This document shows, in pieces, positions 12,116 to 22,952 of a DNA stretch of 64,000 nucleotides. The notes under the pieces were generated by a model. It was given only the letters and a program-made list of their open reading frames with translations. It ran no database searches and was not told where the DNA came from. The translations under genes and the position numbers were made by a program. The DNA is taken from assembly GCA_002633005.1 (NCBI GenBank), contig NMRA01000125.1, positions 35,241-99,240 on the forward strand, written 5' to 3'. The stretch comes from Phoronis australis (Eukaryota > Animalia > Phoronida). Numbering within the stretch: position 1 is the first letter of the stretch; every line of letters starts with the position of its first letter.

Positions 12116-13396
12116 TGATGAATACTCAGTAAGGCTGATTGGCTTAGTAACTTTTGTCAACCTTCATGCATGCTTTTGCGAGTTATTAAAAATAACGCAA
12201 GATTCTGTGAGACTTAACTGAGACGTCACCGGAAGCAGCGCAAAAGCTTGTTCTTTGGCCATTTGCCCGATTCGGTAACAGATTGTATTCTGTTCAGTTT
12301 ACTTCGAGTTTTTAATCTTTTAGTGTGAAAAAATGCAAAGCAAGCATTGCTGTTATGGGAAATGTAAGACAGATTCGCGCTACAATACGTCCCATCGCGT
12401 TGTGTACTAATTTCGTCCCGTGTACTTAAACGGGCAGTAGGCGAAATCTGCTCACTGATTAAGAGTATTCACTTCGTCAAAAATACATTCTACACTTAAA
12501 ACTATCACTTAAAAAGCGCTTACTTTCTTCAGTGATCCTTTCCGCTTCTAAACATATCTTCGATGAAGCATACCTACTAGAATTAAGGTGACTTTGGCGA
12601 AGAATTCCAACTCCACTTTTTGGTTACCGTTAACTTTTTCACCGCTCGTGCGATAACCGCAAAGTATTTCAACTGAGTCAGGTGAGTACGAGGCAAAGAC
12701 TAACGCAAGACTGCACTTGCAAAATGACATGGGAAGATATGAAGTGAAATTTGTATGATTTGTGTCCCTTGGACTTTTTGTTCGTCAACAGGCGTGGATT
12801 TCACGTTACTTCTTTAAAGTGGCGTCCGGTGAGAGAAACTTGAGCGAACCGCGAGATTTTCGTGGATATCCTCAAGTTATTTGTTGACTATCTTGTATCG
12901 AGAGTCATGGTATGTGTTAATTATAACTTCATGTGCATATATGCATGTTTCATTTGATTTTGTTTGCTGTATTTTGAAATGCGTAACTTTTTATGGGAAT
13001 ATACTATTGCCCCTGTAGGCATGCGGCAGGCCTAGTCCGGGTCGAGTTCCAATTCCAGCCCTTTCACAGCTTCGAACAACATAACGAGTTCACGTTTTCT
13101 TCGTCCATTCACAGTTATTCCACGATCCATCTACCATCTCTTAAGTTGTGTTAACCTTTAAGCGTAAAATTCTCCATAAGAACTCCAGTAAGATTTAGCG
13201 TGTGTAGCAAAGACTCGGGGCAAAACAATTAAGGGCAATATGGCGGGTTTTGCCCTACTTCCGGTGACGTCAAATTGAATAACTGGAAACTCGCGAGTGA
13301 GCTAATAGCTCATTAACTTGGAAATTCATTTCCCTTGTAAAACACCAGGTCTCAGTCACATTTCAGGCGAGAAGTTTTACCCTGCAGAGGTGTCTT
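12116..13396. mobile_element. Short non-autonomous THAP/SAP element (ISL2EU-like) in intron 1 of SDR paralog B; left end uncertain
   Basis: Inverted GACGTCACCGGAAG at about 12222 and 13257-13270; plus strand MQSKHCCYGKCKTDSRY (THAP start, 12333); minus strand TQLKRW*MDRGITVNGRRKRELVMLFEAVKGLELELDPD (SAP-like, 13177-13035). Confidence 0.55.
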
Positions 13397-14038
13397 ATTA
13401 TCATACACAGTGAGTGAACAGTACGAAATGAGCTGAAATTATCATTTTCAGTTGTTAAACTGCTTTCGCATAGTCTGCCTGCAATTATTTCTTCATTTTT
13501 TTACTGCAAAGACCCAACAGTGGTCGTTGAACGTAATGTATAAAATCACTTCATACTCGCGATTAAAGCCATGAGCAATTTTTGTAATCTCTGAAATCAG
13601 TGATAAGCTGTGACCTGCGTTCGAACTGCGAACTCGAGTTAGATACGCGATAATTGTCCAACCATGCCCCCCCCCCCCGTAGACTTCTGTTAGATTTGTA
13701 TTGCCGTGGCGGTGTGCATGGATCGAGGGACACGGGTCACCCCTTCCACTCCCGACCATGCACCATGACTACAAATATGGGAGTGCGTTTCGTATAGGCG
13801 AGAATTTCGCAAAAACGCAAGAACACGCAAGTCTTCACGAGATAGCGCCATGTACGTATAACAAGGGAAGCATGTGATCACACCAGCTTCCTCAGCGAGA
13901 TTCATGTTTCCAAAACTCTACTCTGGTGCATGTCTTGCTGCAATGGTCAGTGACCGTATCTACTATTATCATTAATATGCAGGCTAACTTGTGGGTATCG
14001 GAAATGCACTTAAGATGAAATCTTTTCTGACCCCTTAC

Positions 14039-14190
14039 CTGAATCTTTCAACGGTTGCCTTTCCTATTCCTGAGTTTCCACCTGTAACAATCACAACCTT
14101 TCCCGTAAAGCGACCTTTTGTGATGTCCGAATCCAGTTCTGGCTGCGGGTACAGCGCTTTATACTTGTCAGAAGAGTAAGACGTGCACAT
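14039..14190 (-). CDS. SDR paralog B, exon 1
   Basis: MCTSYSSDKYKALYPQPELDSDITKGRFTGKVVIVTGGNSGIGKATVERF; GTAAGG donor; phase 2, as in paralog A. Confidence 0.92.
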
Positions 14191-17100
14191 TTTGGCAAAT
14201 AACGCTCAAATAAACAACGTTCAACCATACCATGTAAGAACAGGCTATGTGTAAGGAATCTGGGTCGCATTGTCTGACCTGGAAATCCGTTTGGGTCAAG
14301 TGAAGTCAATTTCGAACTGGACAAGGGGCTGAAACGGTGCCAAGGCCGTGTCTCTTTATTCCAGTTCCAATCCCTTAACCCCAGTCTCGGACCAGTCAGG
14401 ACCATGGTCCGGGCCTAAAGTTTGATTTGTTAATTACTTCAGATGAGGAAGTTATAAATCTCAATCACTATGTAACTTCTAAAAGCATTACGACTCTCGA
14501 GTGGACGACCTAATGTTGTCAGTGGGGGCACTGCCAGCAATAAAAATATGAAATACTTCAAGTCACCAGGATCGGAAAGCTTCTCTTCTGAATACTTTTG
14601 GGATGCGGCAACGTAATGGTCAACAGTAAATTTTAAACAATGGTACAAAAACGGGGTAAAATGTATTAGTTATATATACACTTCTGATGACAATGGCAAA
14701 CGAGTTTGATGTGAAAATCGACAGCGAAGAACAAAATGGCATTGCTTCTTTTCTCAAAAGAACTCAAAAGGACTTCTTCAAAGGAATTTTGGAGTTTTGA
14801 CATGCACTCATCTTGCATCCCTTTTCATTAGTGGAATGTGTTAAGAAGACTTTGTCTTCATCATAACTGTCACATTCTAATCGAATTGTTTTTCTTAAAA
14901 ATTTGTTAGTTTACTGTTGCTAGCTAAACAGTAGATCTATAGGGGGAGACATAATAAAATGATCCCAATGTCGACAAGGGCTTTTCTGGAAACCGAGATT
15001 ATTTAATCTTTACGATGAGTTCAATATGAATATGTTAATCTTGAATCGAGGTGGAAATATAGATCTCAAACATTTATACATGTAAGTCTGATGCGCACGC
15101 CACCTGTTGGCCACATCAAGTGACTAGATGAATATAAGTCTGCAAAGATTTCAGCCCCGACTGGGACTCGAACCCGGGACCCTCTGCTAACTGTGGGCGG
15201 GATGATCACTGCTAAGTTTCATCAGAATGGATTCCTGTGTTCGACCAGTGGTCCCGTTGGATGTTTATGCTGCTACTTTCGATGATGTGGTCAACAGTTT
15301 ACTTATTCAGCTGCTGCTTCAGATAATCCTGACGGTGTAAAAACATACATATTTGTTACAGATTGTCACATGGAATTCTCTGTTTTTTTATGGAAAATAT
15401 AAATTATTCAGCTTAAGTTGAATTTTGAAATTTGAATTCATTCGCCAAATTTCTTTTTGGCATTGATCATGAGCTCCGATCAAAACGTTGACCCGCTTGC
15501 TCTCTGACGCAACGAATCAATCTACAGACGGGAAAGGGTCATTGCCACAGTCTCACATGACCCTGGCGTACCTATCTGCAACTTTGGAACGGAATAAACA
15601 AAGGCGGCCACCCGAGCGATTTTTTGCCCTGATAACAGTCTTTACGTGATGCAGTTGGGAAGCAATTAACACATATAAATGATATAATGGTTGACTAAAA
15701 ACGTGCTAATGGTAGCTCTGCGAAGTAAACACCGTAATTACATACCGTTTTCGCTTTAACTTTCATAATTGAAGTACTTGATTTAGTCATGGTACGTTAT
15801 TAAGGATTATTTTGTTCCGCAAATGAATTCCATTGCCGTCATGTAAAACGTTTTCTTGCTTGCAAAATTAAACTAACAACAGCAACAATTTATTTTCGCA
15901 GCAAAGTTTGATCGTTGCTCTCCCAGTGTGTTAGTCAAGCGACAATACTTCTTTGTGTTTTTGCTTTCTTTGTTTGCTTTTTAGGTCTTTAAATTTGATT
16001 ATTCCGAGAGAGAATATATTCGTTTCTGTGTGTTTCCTACGCTTACACGACATTGAAGGCAAACGTCGTTTTTTGTAATGTTTTTATTTTTTTGTTTGTT
16101 CTTTTTCTGCGTGTACCAGCACAGAGTCTTGTCATTCTCGGATTTTTATCTTTTCCTTTAGTTTGCGCATCCTTGTCTTCGGCCAGGATTCTCGTTAATC
16201 TTGGCAATAACGGTGTCAGATTTCTTGCATTTATTGTTGTGCAAAACGGTATGATTTGGAGGAAGTTGAAGAAATGGAGTTAAATGTTGATTCCAATGCC
16301 ATTCAGCAAATGTTTGGACTTGTAACAAAACATTAGTTCGTCTTTTAGTTGTTAAGGGACCACGACCCGCAGGGCTAATCTCCGTCCGTGAGTCTTGACT
16401 GGCGGACGACCAGGTGGTCCACCAACCCTCCTCCAGTCTTACTCACCGACACATAGTTAACGCCGAGGATTGGAAATAAGTTTTGAGTGAAAGTATACTG
16501 GAAACTGCGAAGACCAATACGCTCAGAATTACCTGTGGATAAATTGTGTCCTCTTTTGGTGATCTGTGATCCTTGAGACTAAGTAACTGTGAAATTCATT
16601 TGTTCATATGTTAAAAATCTTCAATTGACTGCCACGTTTTCCAATGGCTAAGGTCATAGCTTTTTTGATCAGGTGACCTATAATATACATATTTATGAGA
16701 GAAAAATGTAAGAGAGATAATTGCGGTTGTAGCAGTATATTAGTCATAAGTAATTGGCTTCAGACGTATTGTTTAGTATGCTTTATTTCATCAATCAAAG
16801 TAAGCGGCTGAGCACTCCCAACACAGGCCCATCGCCTTACTGTAAATAATTTTCATCAATCATTTCTTAACTGCAACGAGCTAACAATTAAATGGCAAGA
16901 ACATTTAGTGCGTTGCTGTTATTTTTCAAATGCATTGTGGGACGATTGTCGGCTCGTAAACATCCGGTGACAATGTTATCTGTAGATGAAATCCTGCAAA
17001 TTGCGAAGTGGGAGCGAAAGCCAACATTTCTGACTTTAAGTCTTAAATTATTTACGAAACCGGAACTTTGACTTACAAAGAATTGAGGAAAATTGTTGCT

Positions 17101-17291
17101 TCAGGCCAAACAGTTTTAGTTTCAGTCGCCAATGCAACTTGGACATCAGAGCTTGGACTCTAAATTACTTATGACATTTAAGTTTTACGTTAGTAAGAGA
17201 TGAGTTCTAGTTACGTGTGCTTTATTGTGTTATGGATTACATAGATTACTGAGGGACCCCTAGATTTGAGCTACAAACTCAAGTAAAAATT

Positions 17292-17370
17292 TCGAGAATT
17301 CGAGTTCAGACTCGAACTGATAGCTTTAATTCATGGATAATCAAGTGCAAACTATGATTAGACAGTCACT
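17292..17370 (+). repeat. About 80-bp dispersed repeat, inverted copy at 23768-23846
   Basis: TTCGAGTTCAGACTCGAACT..ATCAAGTGC.AACTA..TTAGACAGTCA present in both orientations. Confidence 0.65.
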
Positions 17371-17797
17371 TAATAATGTACTGTAGCATCAAACCATGGA
17401 CCCTTATCTTGTGTTCTAACAAAAATAGAACGTAAATTTTCAAAATTTATTACCAGTTCAATTTCAAGTACAATGATTAGACCCCGGACCCAGGTGAATT
17501 TCGAGCTATTTGTCGTAACCAATTTCAATTCAGGCAAATGATATGAAATGGATGAGGTTGCTTTAAGCGTTGATCATGCAATTTCTTGAATTAAGCAACA
17601 TGGTAAGTACCACTGTTTCAAGTGGCTCCATCTAGCATTCAGTCACGGAGCCAGCTTATTTAAAGTAGTATTGTATTGCTTTTGACAACTAAAGGTACGA
17701 GCCTGTCAGTCCCATCTAACGAAATGCAGTCTTCAACGACAACGATAAGTTAGTTCTTTCAAGTTGATACTAAGTTTAAAACGACGCGTGGCTTAAT

Positions 17798-20700
17798 GGG
17801 GCTATTCGGAGAATTATCCTCGCGGTGTCGCTGCTATACTAGTGGTGATTGAATTGCGCATGCGTGGCTGTTTGCATGTAAACAACTGGTAAAAGATGGA
17901 TTTGTTATCAAAATACGTCGTCGCGCAAAGTCTTATTACTGCTAATTTCCCCGGTGCAAGTCTTCGACAGGTGGCCAAAAATTCCCAAAAGACCTTAAGT
18001 TACTATATTCGTGGACAATTGCGGTCAAAAGGGTCAACTAACTGACAAAAAGTGTGTGGATGCTGAAGCCCCGTGTGTGCTCTATGACTAAGCAGTTCCA
18101 TTCGGAGACTACACAACATTACTTGGTAAGTTTTTAGCAATCAAGTTTCTATCAACATCGTGCGGTGATGTTATCCCCACCAGTTACCCCACTGAATAAC
18201 AGATTTATTGAGTGGAACTAAGTGTTTCTTTTAGGAAACTCACCCGATGCCGGGTAGGCTAGCAGCACATATTCATATTGTCATGGGTGGGAGTGCTCCC
18301 AAAATAAGAGGTGTATGGTACGTGATGCACAGAAGTAAAGGGTGACTTTTTCACAGTAGTTTCTCTTCAAAACTATGCTGTTTCCAATAAAATTCTCTAG
18401 ATGAGTGAGTTTCCTTATTTTATCGCGGACCCCACCCCCAGGACTACCAGATCAGTTATCGAATTAACATGAATAAGCCTTAATTCAGTAAATGTCGTAA
18501 CATTGTATTGGAAAAAAATGACACCTAGAATGAATTTTACTTTTTGAGATCAAAAGCACATTTTAAGTGTCATGAAAAATACACATTGTTAAATCACTTT
18601 TAGCTTGTTTCATATATTTTAGTTCAGATATTAAATAAGACTTGGGTACAAAGGTTATTAGTTTCTACACATAAACATGAAGATGAAATGTCAAGTATGT
18701 TCTGCCTTACAAAAGTAGTTTTGTGTTGTCTTTTCCTTTACAATTGCTAATATTTCTCCGACTATTCTGTTACAGGTGAGAGAAAACAACTGAAACCAAC
18801 CGCCCGACCATCTATTTTACCTTTGGACAAAGTGAAAAGCAATCCTTCAGCAATAACCTGAGAGAAATGAACGTAATTCAGAAATAAGCACTTGATATGC
18901 CTGAATATTGACTTCGTCGCAATGTTGTTTCTTTATGTGATTTTTCAGTTTGCCATTTGTTTTTAAATACACTGATAATTGTTTATTCTCGAATCTTGTG
19001 CATAGCAGATTCTTATCCAGCTAGCTACAATTGAAAACATACAATAAGACAATCGAAGCAGTCACTGAATGTCATTTCCCCACAATGTGTACCAAATTGA
19101 AAAATTTTTACCAATAGTATAAAGCCTTTCTTCTGAAAGGAAAAGTTAATGTCACTCAGCTTTTGGCTTTCATTTCACTGGGATCTAGTTTCAATGGCCA
19201 AAAGAAGCGCTTGTAAAAAAGGTCCAGTTTCGACACGTGGCTTTTTTTCACGTAACTTCATCCAGCCTCAATAACATCCACAATTAGACCCTTGAAGGTA
19301 AACACAGCAGCATATCACTTGAGTCGTTTTGAGCCCAAAATCAGACCCTTGAAGTAGACCAGAGTGTTACTACGTTTCTTTAGCTTCAGTCCCTCATGTT
19401 TCTTCCAGGAAAGGAAATAAGCTATTGTCCACACCTGACTCATTGCCTATGAAGGGGCATCCTCACCAACAAGGCTTACTTGGGTAGCAGTCAGATATCG
19501 TTCGTCTGAATACGCAGACAGTCCACTGGCACATTGTCTTATGGTAACTTAGTACTGCGATTCACATTTCTCCAGGGCCACTGACTTGTACATTGTGCCA
19601 CGCAGCACTGCTGGTGTGTGGAAGTGCTGTGGGAAGAGAACGGAGTAACAAAGCTTGTCTATGATACAGCTTGAAGTGGCTTTAAAATGTCACTGAACCT
19701 GGAACAAATATTGAAATATGAATAATTAAGTACTCCAGATTGGGTCAAAAATGTTATCCCTGTTGTTCAAAAATATATGGTGACTGCTCTACAGTTTCAC
19801 ATAAAATTAAATAATTACTATTTTCAGAAACCAAGGGTGTATATAATAAGCATTGCATAAAACTGTGTCTTTATTTTTCATTCGTAGCCATATCAATTCT
19901 TTCAACGCATCACTTGTCTGCAAAATAGACAAGTTTTTTTAGACAACTTCAAACCTTTGTTACCCATTTTCAAGCCTTTTTAATTTTGATACTTTCAGCA
20001 ATTTTAAACTCCGATTACAGGTTCATGGGTCTGTCAAGAATACTTCTAGTCTAACGTTGAGGGAACCGTTTAATTTTTCTTCTAATAGAAGATATGAAGA
20101 CTTGGGTAATTTAAAAAGGATGATTAATCATTCTGTTGCTTAAGAGTAATTACAAATCGTAAGGCACCATCAAAAATGCATTTTTCACAAAAATGGCAGT
20201 CATTTGAATTTATAACGACTTCCAACATTTCAAGGCATGAGTTAAGACTATTCAGTCAGTGTGAATTCAGAAAATGTAATATATTTTCATGGGTTTACAA
20301 TTGATACAAGTAGCAAAACAGTTTCAAGAAATCAACTTGAAGGGACTTCATGAAGGTTAAGAATTACCTCACCATGATCTTTTCCCAAACATGTGTTACC
20401 TGTTATTTCCACACATTCAGTTGTACCAAATATTACAACCCCCCATGCCAATCCACCGCTAAGGACCTGAATAAGTAAATTAACAAAATGACTTACATAC
20501 CTTTCTTTAAAAATAGCTGTTCCTTTTCAAAGGCTTTGTTCGTTGCCTCCAACATTGAAAGTAGACTTTGACAATAGATCTGCACTGGATGGGAAGATCT
20601 TGTTGGTTAGCTGCAGTCAAATGCTAAAAACCAGTTTTTGTCCATTCAGGGACGGTGCAAAAGCGATGCATATCTCCTCTGCACGGTACAAGCCCTCAAA

Positions 20701-21318
20701 CCTAAAAATCAAAGGTTACGTGAAAACAGACGTGATCGATTTCCATTTCAACGTGTAATAGATTTCCAGAAGACATATGATAGGGAGTAAACAAATAGTC
20801 TAATGCAATGGATATTTGTCATGTACCCCGCTTTGCCATTGGGCTTGGATTGTAATATTAACTCATTAAATTGTATCGAGTTGACAGCATAAACATTCAG
20901 CATTGATTGATGTAACTGTCACTGATAAACTGTTAGAAATCATTCCAAACAATAATAATGCTTTGATGTACGAAAAGATCTCGATTGCTACGTCAAGTAT
21001 CGTATCACATATCACAACAAACAAAGATTAACCCGACTGGCGACTGCCGCGAAGTCGACATCGGCGAGTACCTCAGTTAACAGGCATCGGTAGAATAATC
21101 ATTGAATAATCATTAAAATAATCACAAACCTTACCTTTGTATAAGGTCGTGCTTACTTCCTCTCATAGAAGCACCCTTTCACGCAATCTCAGATTCAGTT
21201 GGGACGGCTGCAAGCCAGTTCACCATGTATTTAAATGGCTCGCGAAATCGAGGCTGTTAATCTATCACCACTAGTACACGCGCGCCCTCTAGTTATTGTA
21301 GATTTTCCGAATAGCCCC
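17798..21318. mobile_element. ISL2EU-like DNA transposon, decayed internal-deletion derivative
   Basis: TIR GGGGCTATTCGGA / TCCGAATAGCCCC, AT on both flanks, subterminal inverted TACTAGTGGTGAT. Plus-strand THAP remnant (KFPKDLKLLYSWTIAVKR...; ERKQLKPTARPSILP). Minus-strand SAP remnant (LRLRER/GASMRGSKHDLIQR) and YqaJ-like remnant at about 19150-19698. Confidence 0.75.
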
Positions 21319-22379
21319 ATTAGAAATCGTGTTTTGGCATCAAAAGCGCGAAGAACGGTGTATTCCCCCGATAGTCAATAGTTATAGCAATTATACAAAC
21401 TACTTCTAGTCGTCGTATTTTAACTATTGATGAACTAAAAATAACGAGTAAAGTAATGTTTTTCCTTTTCTGAATTGATACAATAGTATGCGTTCACACT
21501 AATTGTGCTTAGTGCTTAGTTGAACAGCACGTAAGTCTTCCGCAATTTGGGTAATTTGCGCTGAGGCTGAGTCATTAGCATCGCGCACGACATTAAATGT
21601 CACACGGTGTATTTCTCACAACATGAAGGCCTATTTATAGTATGGTTTCAGAAAATTTTACAGTTTACGCACGCATTCAGATCCATGCATCTACATCCGA
21701 AATAATGCTTTTATTTTAAACAAATTGCTCAAGCAAGCTAATGAGTTTCATTTATAGGAATCTATTTTGCGTAGGCTGTGCTGCGATCTATAGTGCAGAG
21801 TAAAACAAGAAATGATTGGTAGAAAAATGCTAATTATTATGAAGCAAATAAAAACTAAAATAGAAACAAAGACTACAAGATGGGCTTAAAGAAATGGTTG
21901 GTTCTGTAATATTACATTCCCGTCTTTTAGTTTTTTAGTTAAAACACGAATTTCCCTTGATTCTAATCAATTTTGCATGCGTCACTCCGGATATGACGTC
22001 CGCAGCTCAGATCATTTCCTGCCTTCTTTGTTCCCTTGCAATTCTATTTGTGTTTGACATAGCAAAGAATTTATAAAAACGCCGAGAAATATCCCCCTGA
22101 ATTAATCTCATACAAGAATATGGAACTCTGTCCTCCAACTAGCCTATCGCTATCTAGCTACAAAACGTATTTCAACACGTCGCCGCTATATCTGAAAATG
22201 CATGTTGATCTTGAGACGTACGACTCAAGCTGTCCTAGTTACTAAGTCACGACGTTTTGTTCAGGAAACAAGACCAAGTCATTTGAAACACCCCACATAT
22301 TTACATAACCTCAGATATTTCTCCTATGAGGTGAACGACATCTGCGCATGTGCGACCTCAGTCATGCGGTGAATCATTC

Positions 22380-22952
22380 TAGCTGGTTCCCTGCGTGCCG
22401 CTGGGTGGGGCGGTAGCCGCGCCAGCACGCAGGTATCACTTAATTTTCCTCGGTAAATTGGCTAGTCGAATTCTCAACAGGCAGCGCTTTATGAAAACTG
22501 GCATGACTGATGGACTGAAGTGTAAATGTGGTCTGTTGTACAGACAAATCGGTGCTTAAAATTTATGTTCAGGAAATGTGAAGCCTAGAAATTGTGCTTT
22601 GCGACTTTTCGGAATGCATATTTCTACTGACGATGACTTTTGTTTACGATAGTGTCCTGTATTCATACAGTATGAATAACACACCGGTTAAATCGGCCAG
22701 ATAATTATGTGTTTATTGCCAGTACATCTATGTGCTTCAAGCACGCGGCTCATTAATCATCACTGCAGAAACGAAATAGTTGCTGCGACGCCACTTGCAT
22801 GACAAGGCTAAAAATCGTTCACAGTCCGACATTTTTTCACGGTGTTGTAAAGCTAACCAATGACTGCCGAGGTTACATCGACCAATGCTAAAGCGCGTGC
22901 CACTGCGTGATACCTGTGTGCTGGCTTGGCTAAGCACGCAGGGAACCAGCGA
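22380..22952. mobile_element. MITE with 19-bp TIR and 11-bp target site duplication
   Basis: TAGCTGGTTCCCTGCGTGC / GCACGCAGGGAACCAGCGA (1 mismatch); GTGAATCATTC directly repeated at 22369-22379 and 22953-22963. Confidence 0.8.

Larger units (their letters stand above)
7589..14190 (-). pseudogene. SDR paralog B whole locus: probable young pseudogene or null allele (alternative: recoded TGA)
   Basis: Exons sum to 864 nt (288 codons); the only disablement seen is TGA at codon 197, about 72 nt upstream of the last exon junction. Confidence 0.6.
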
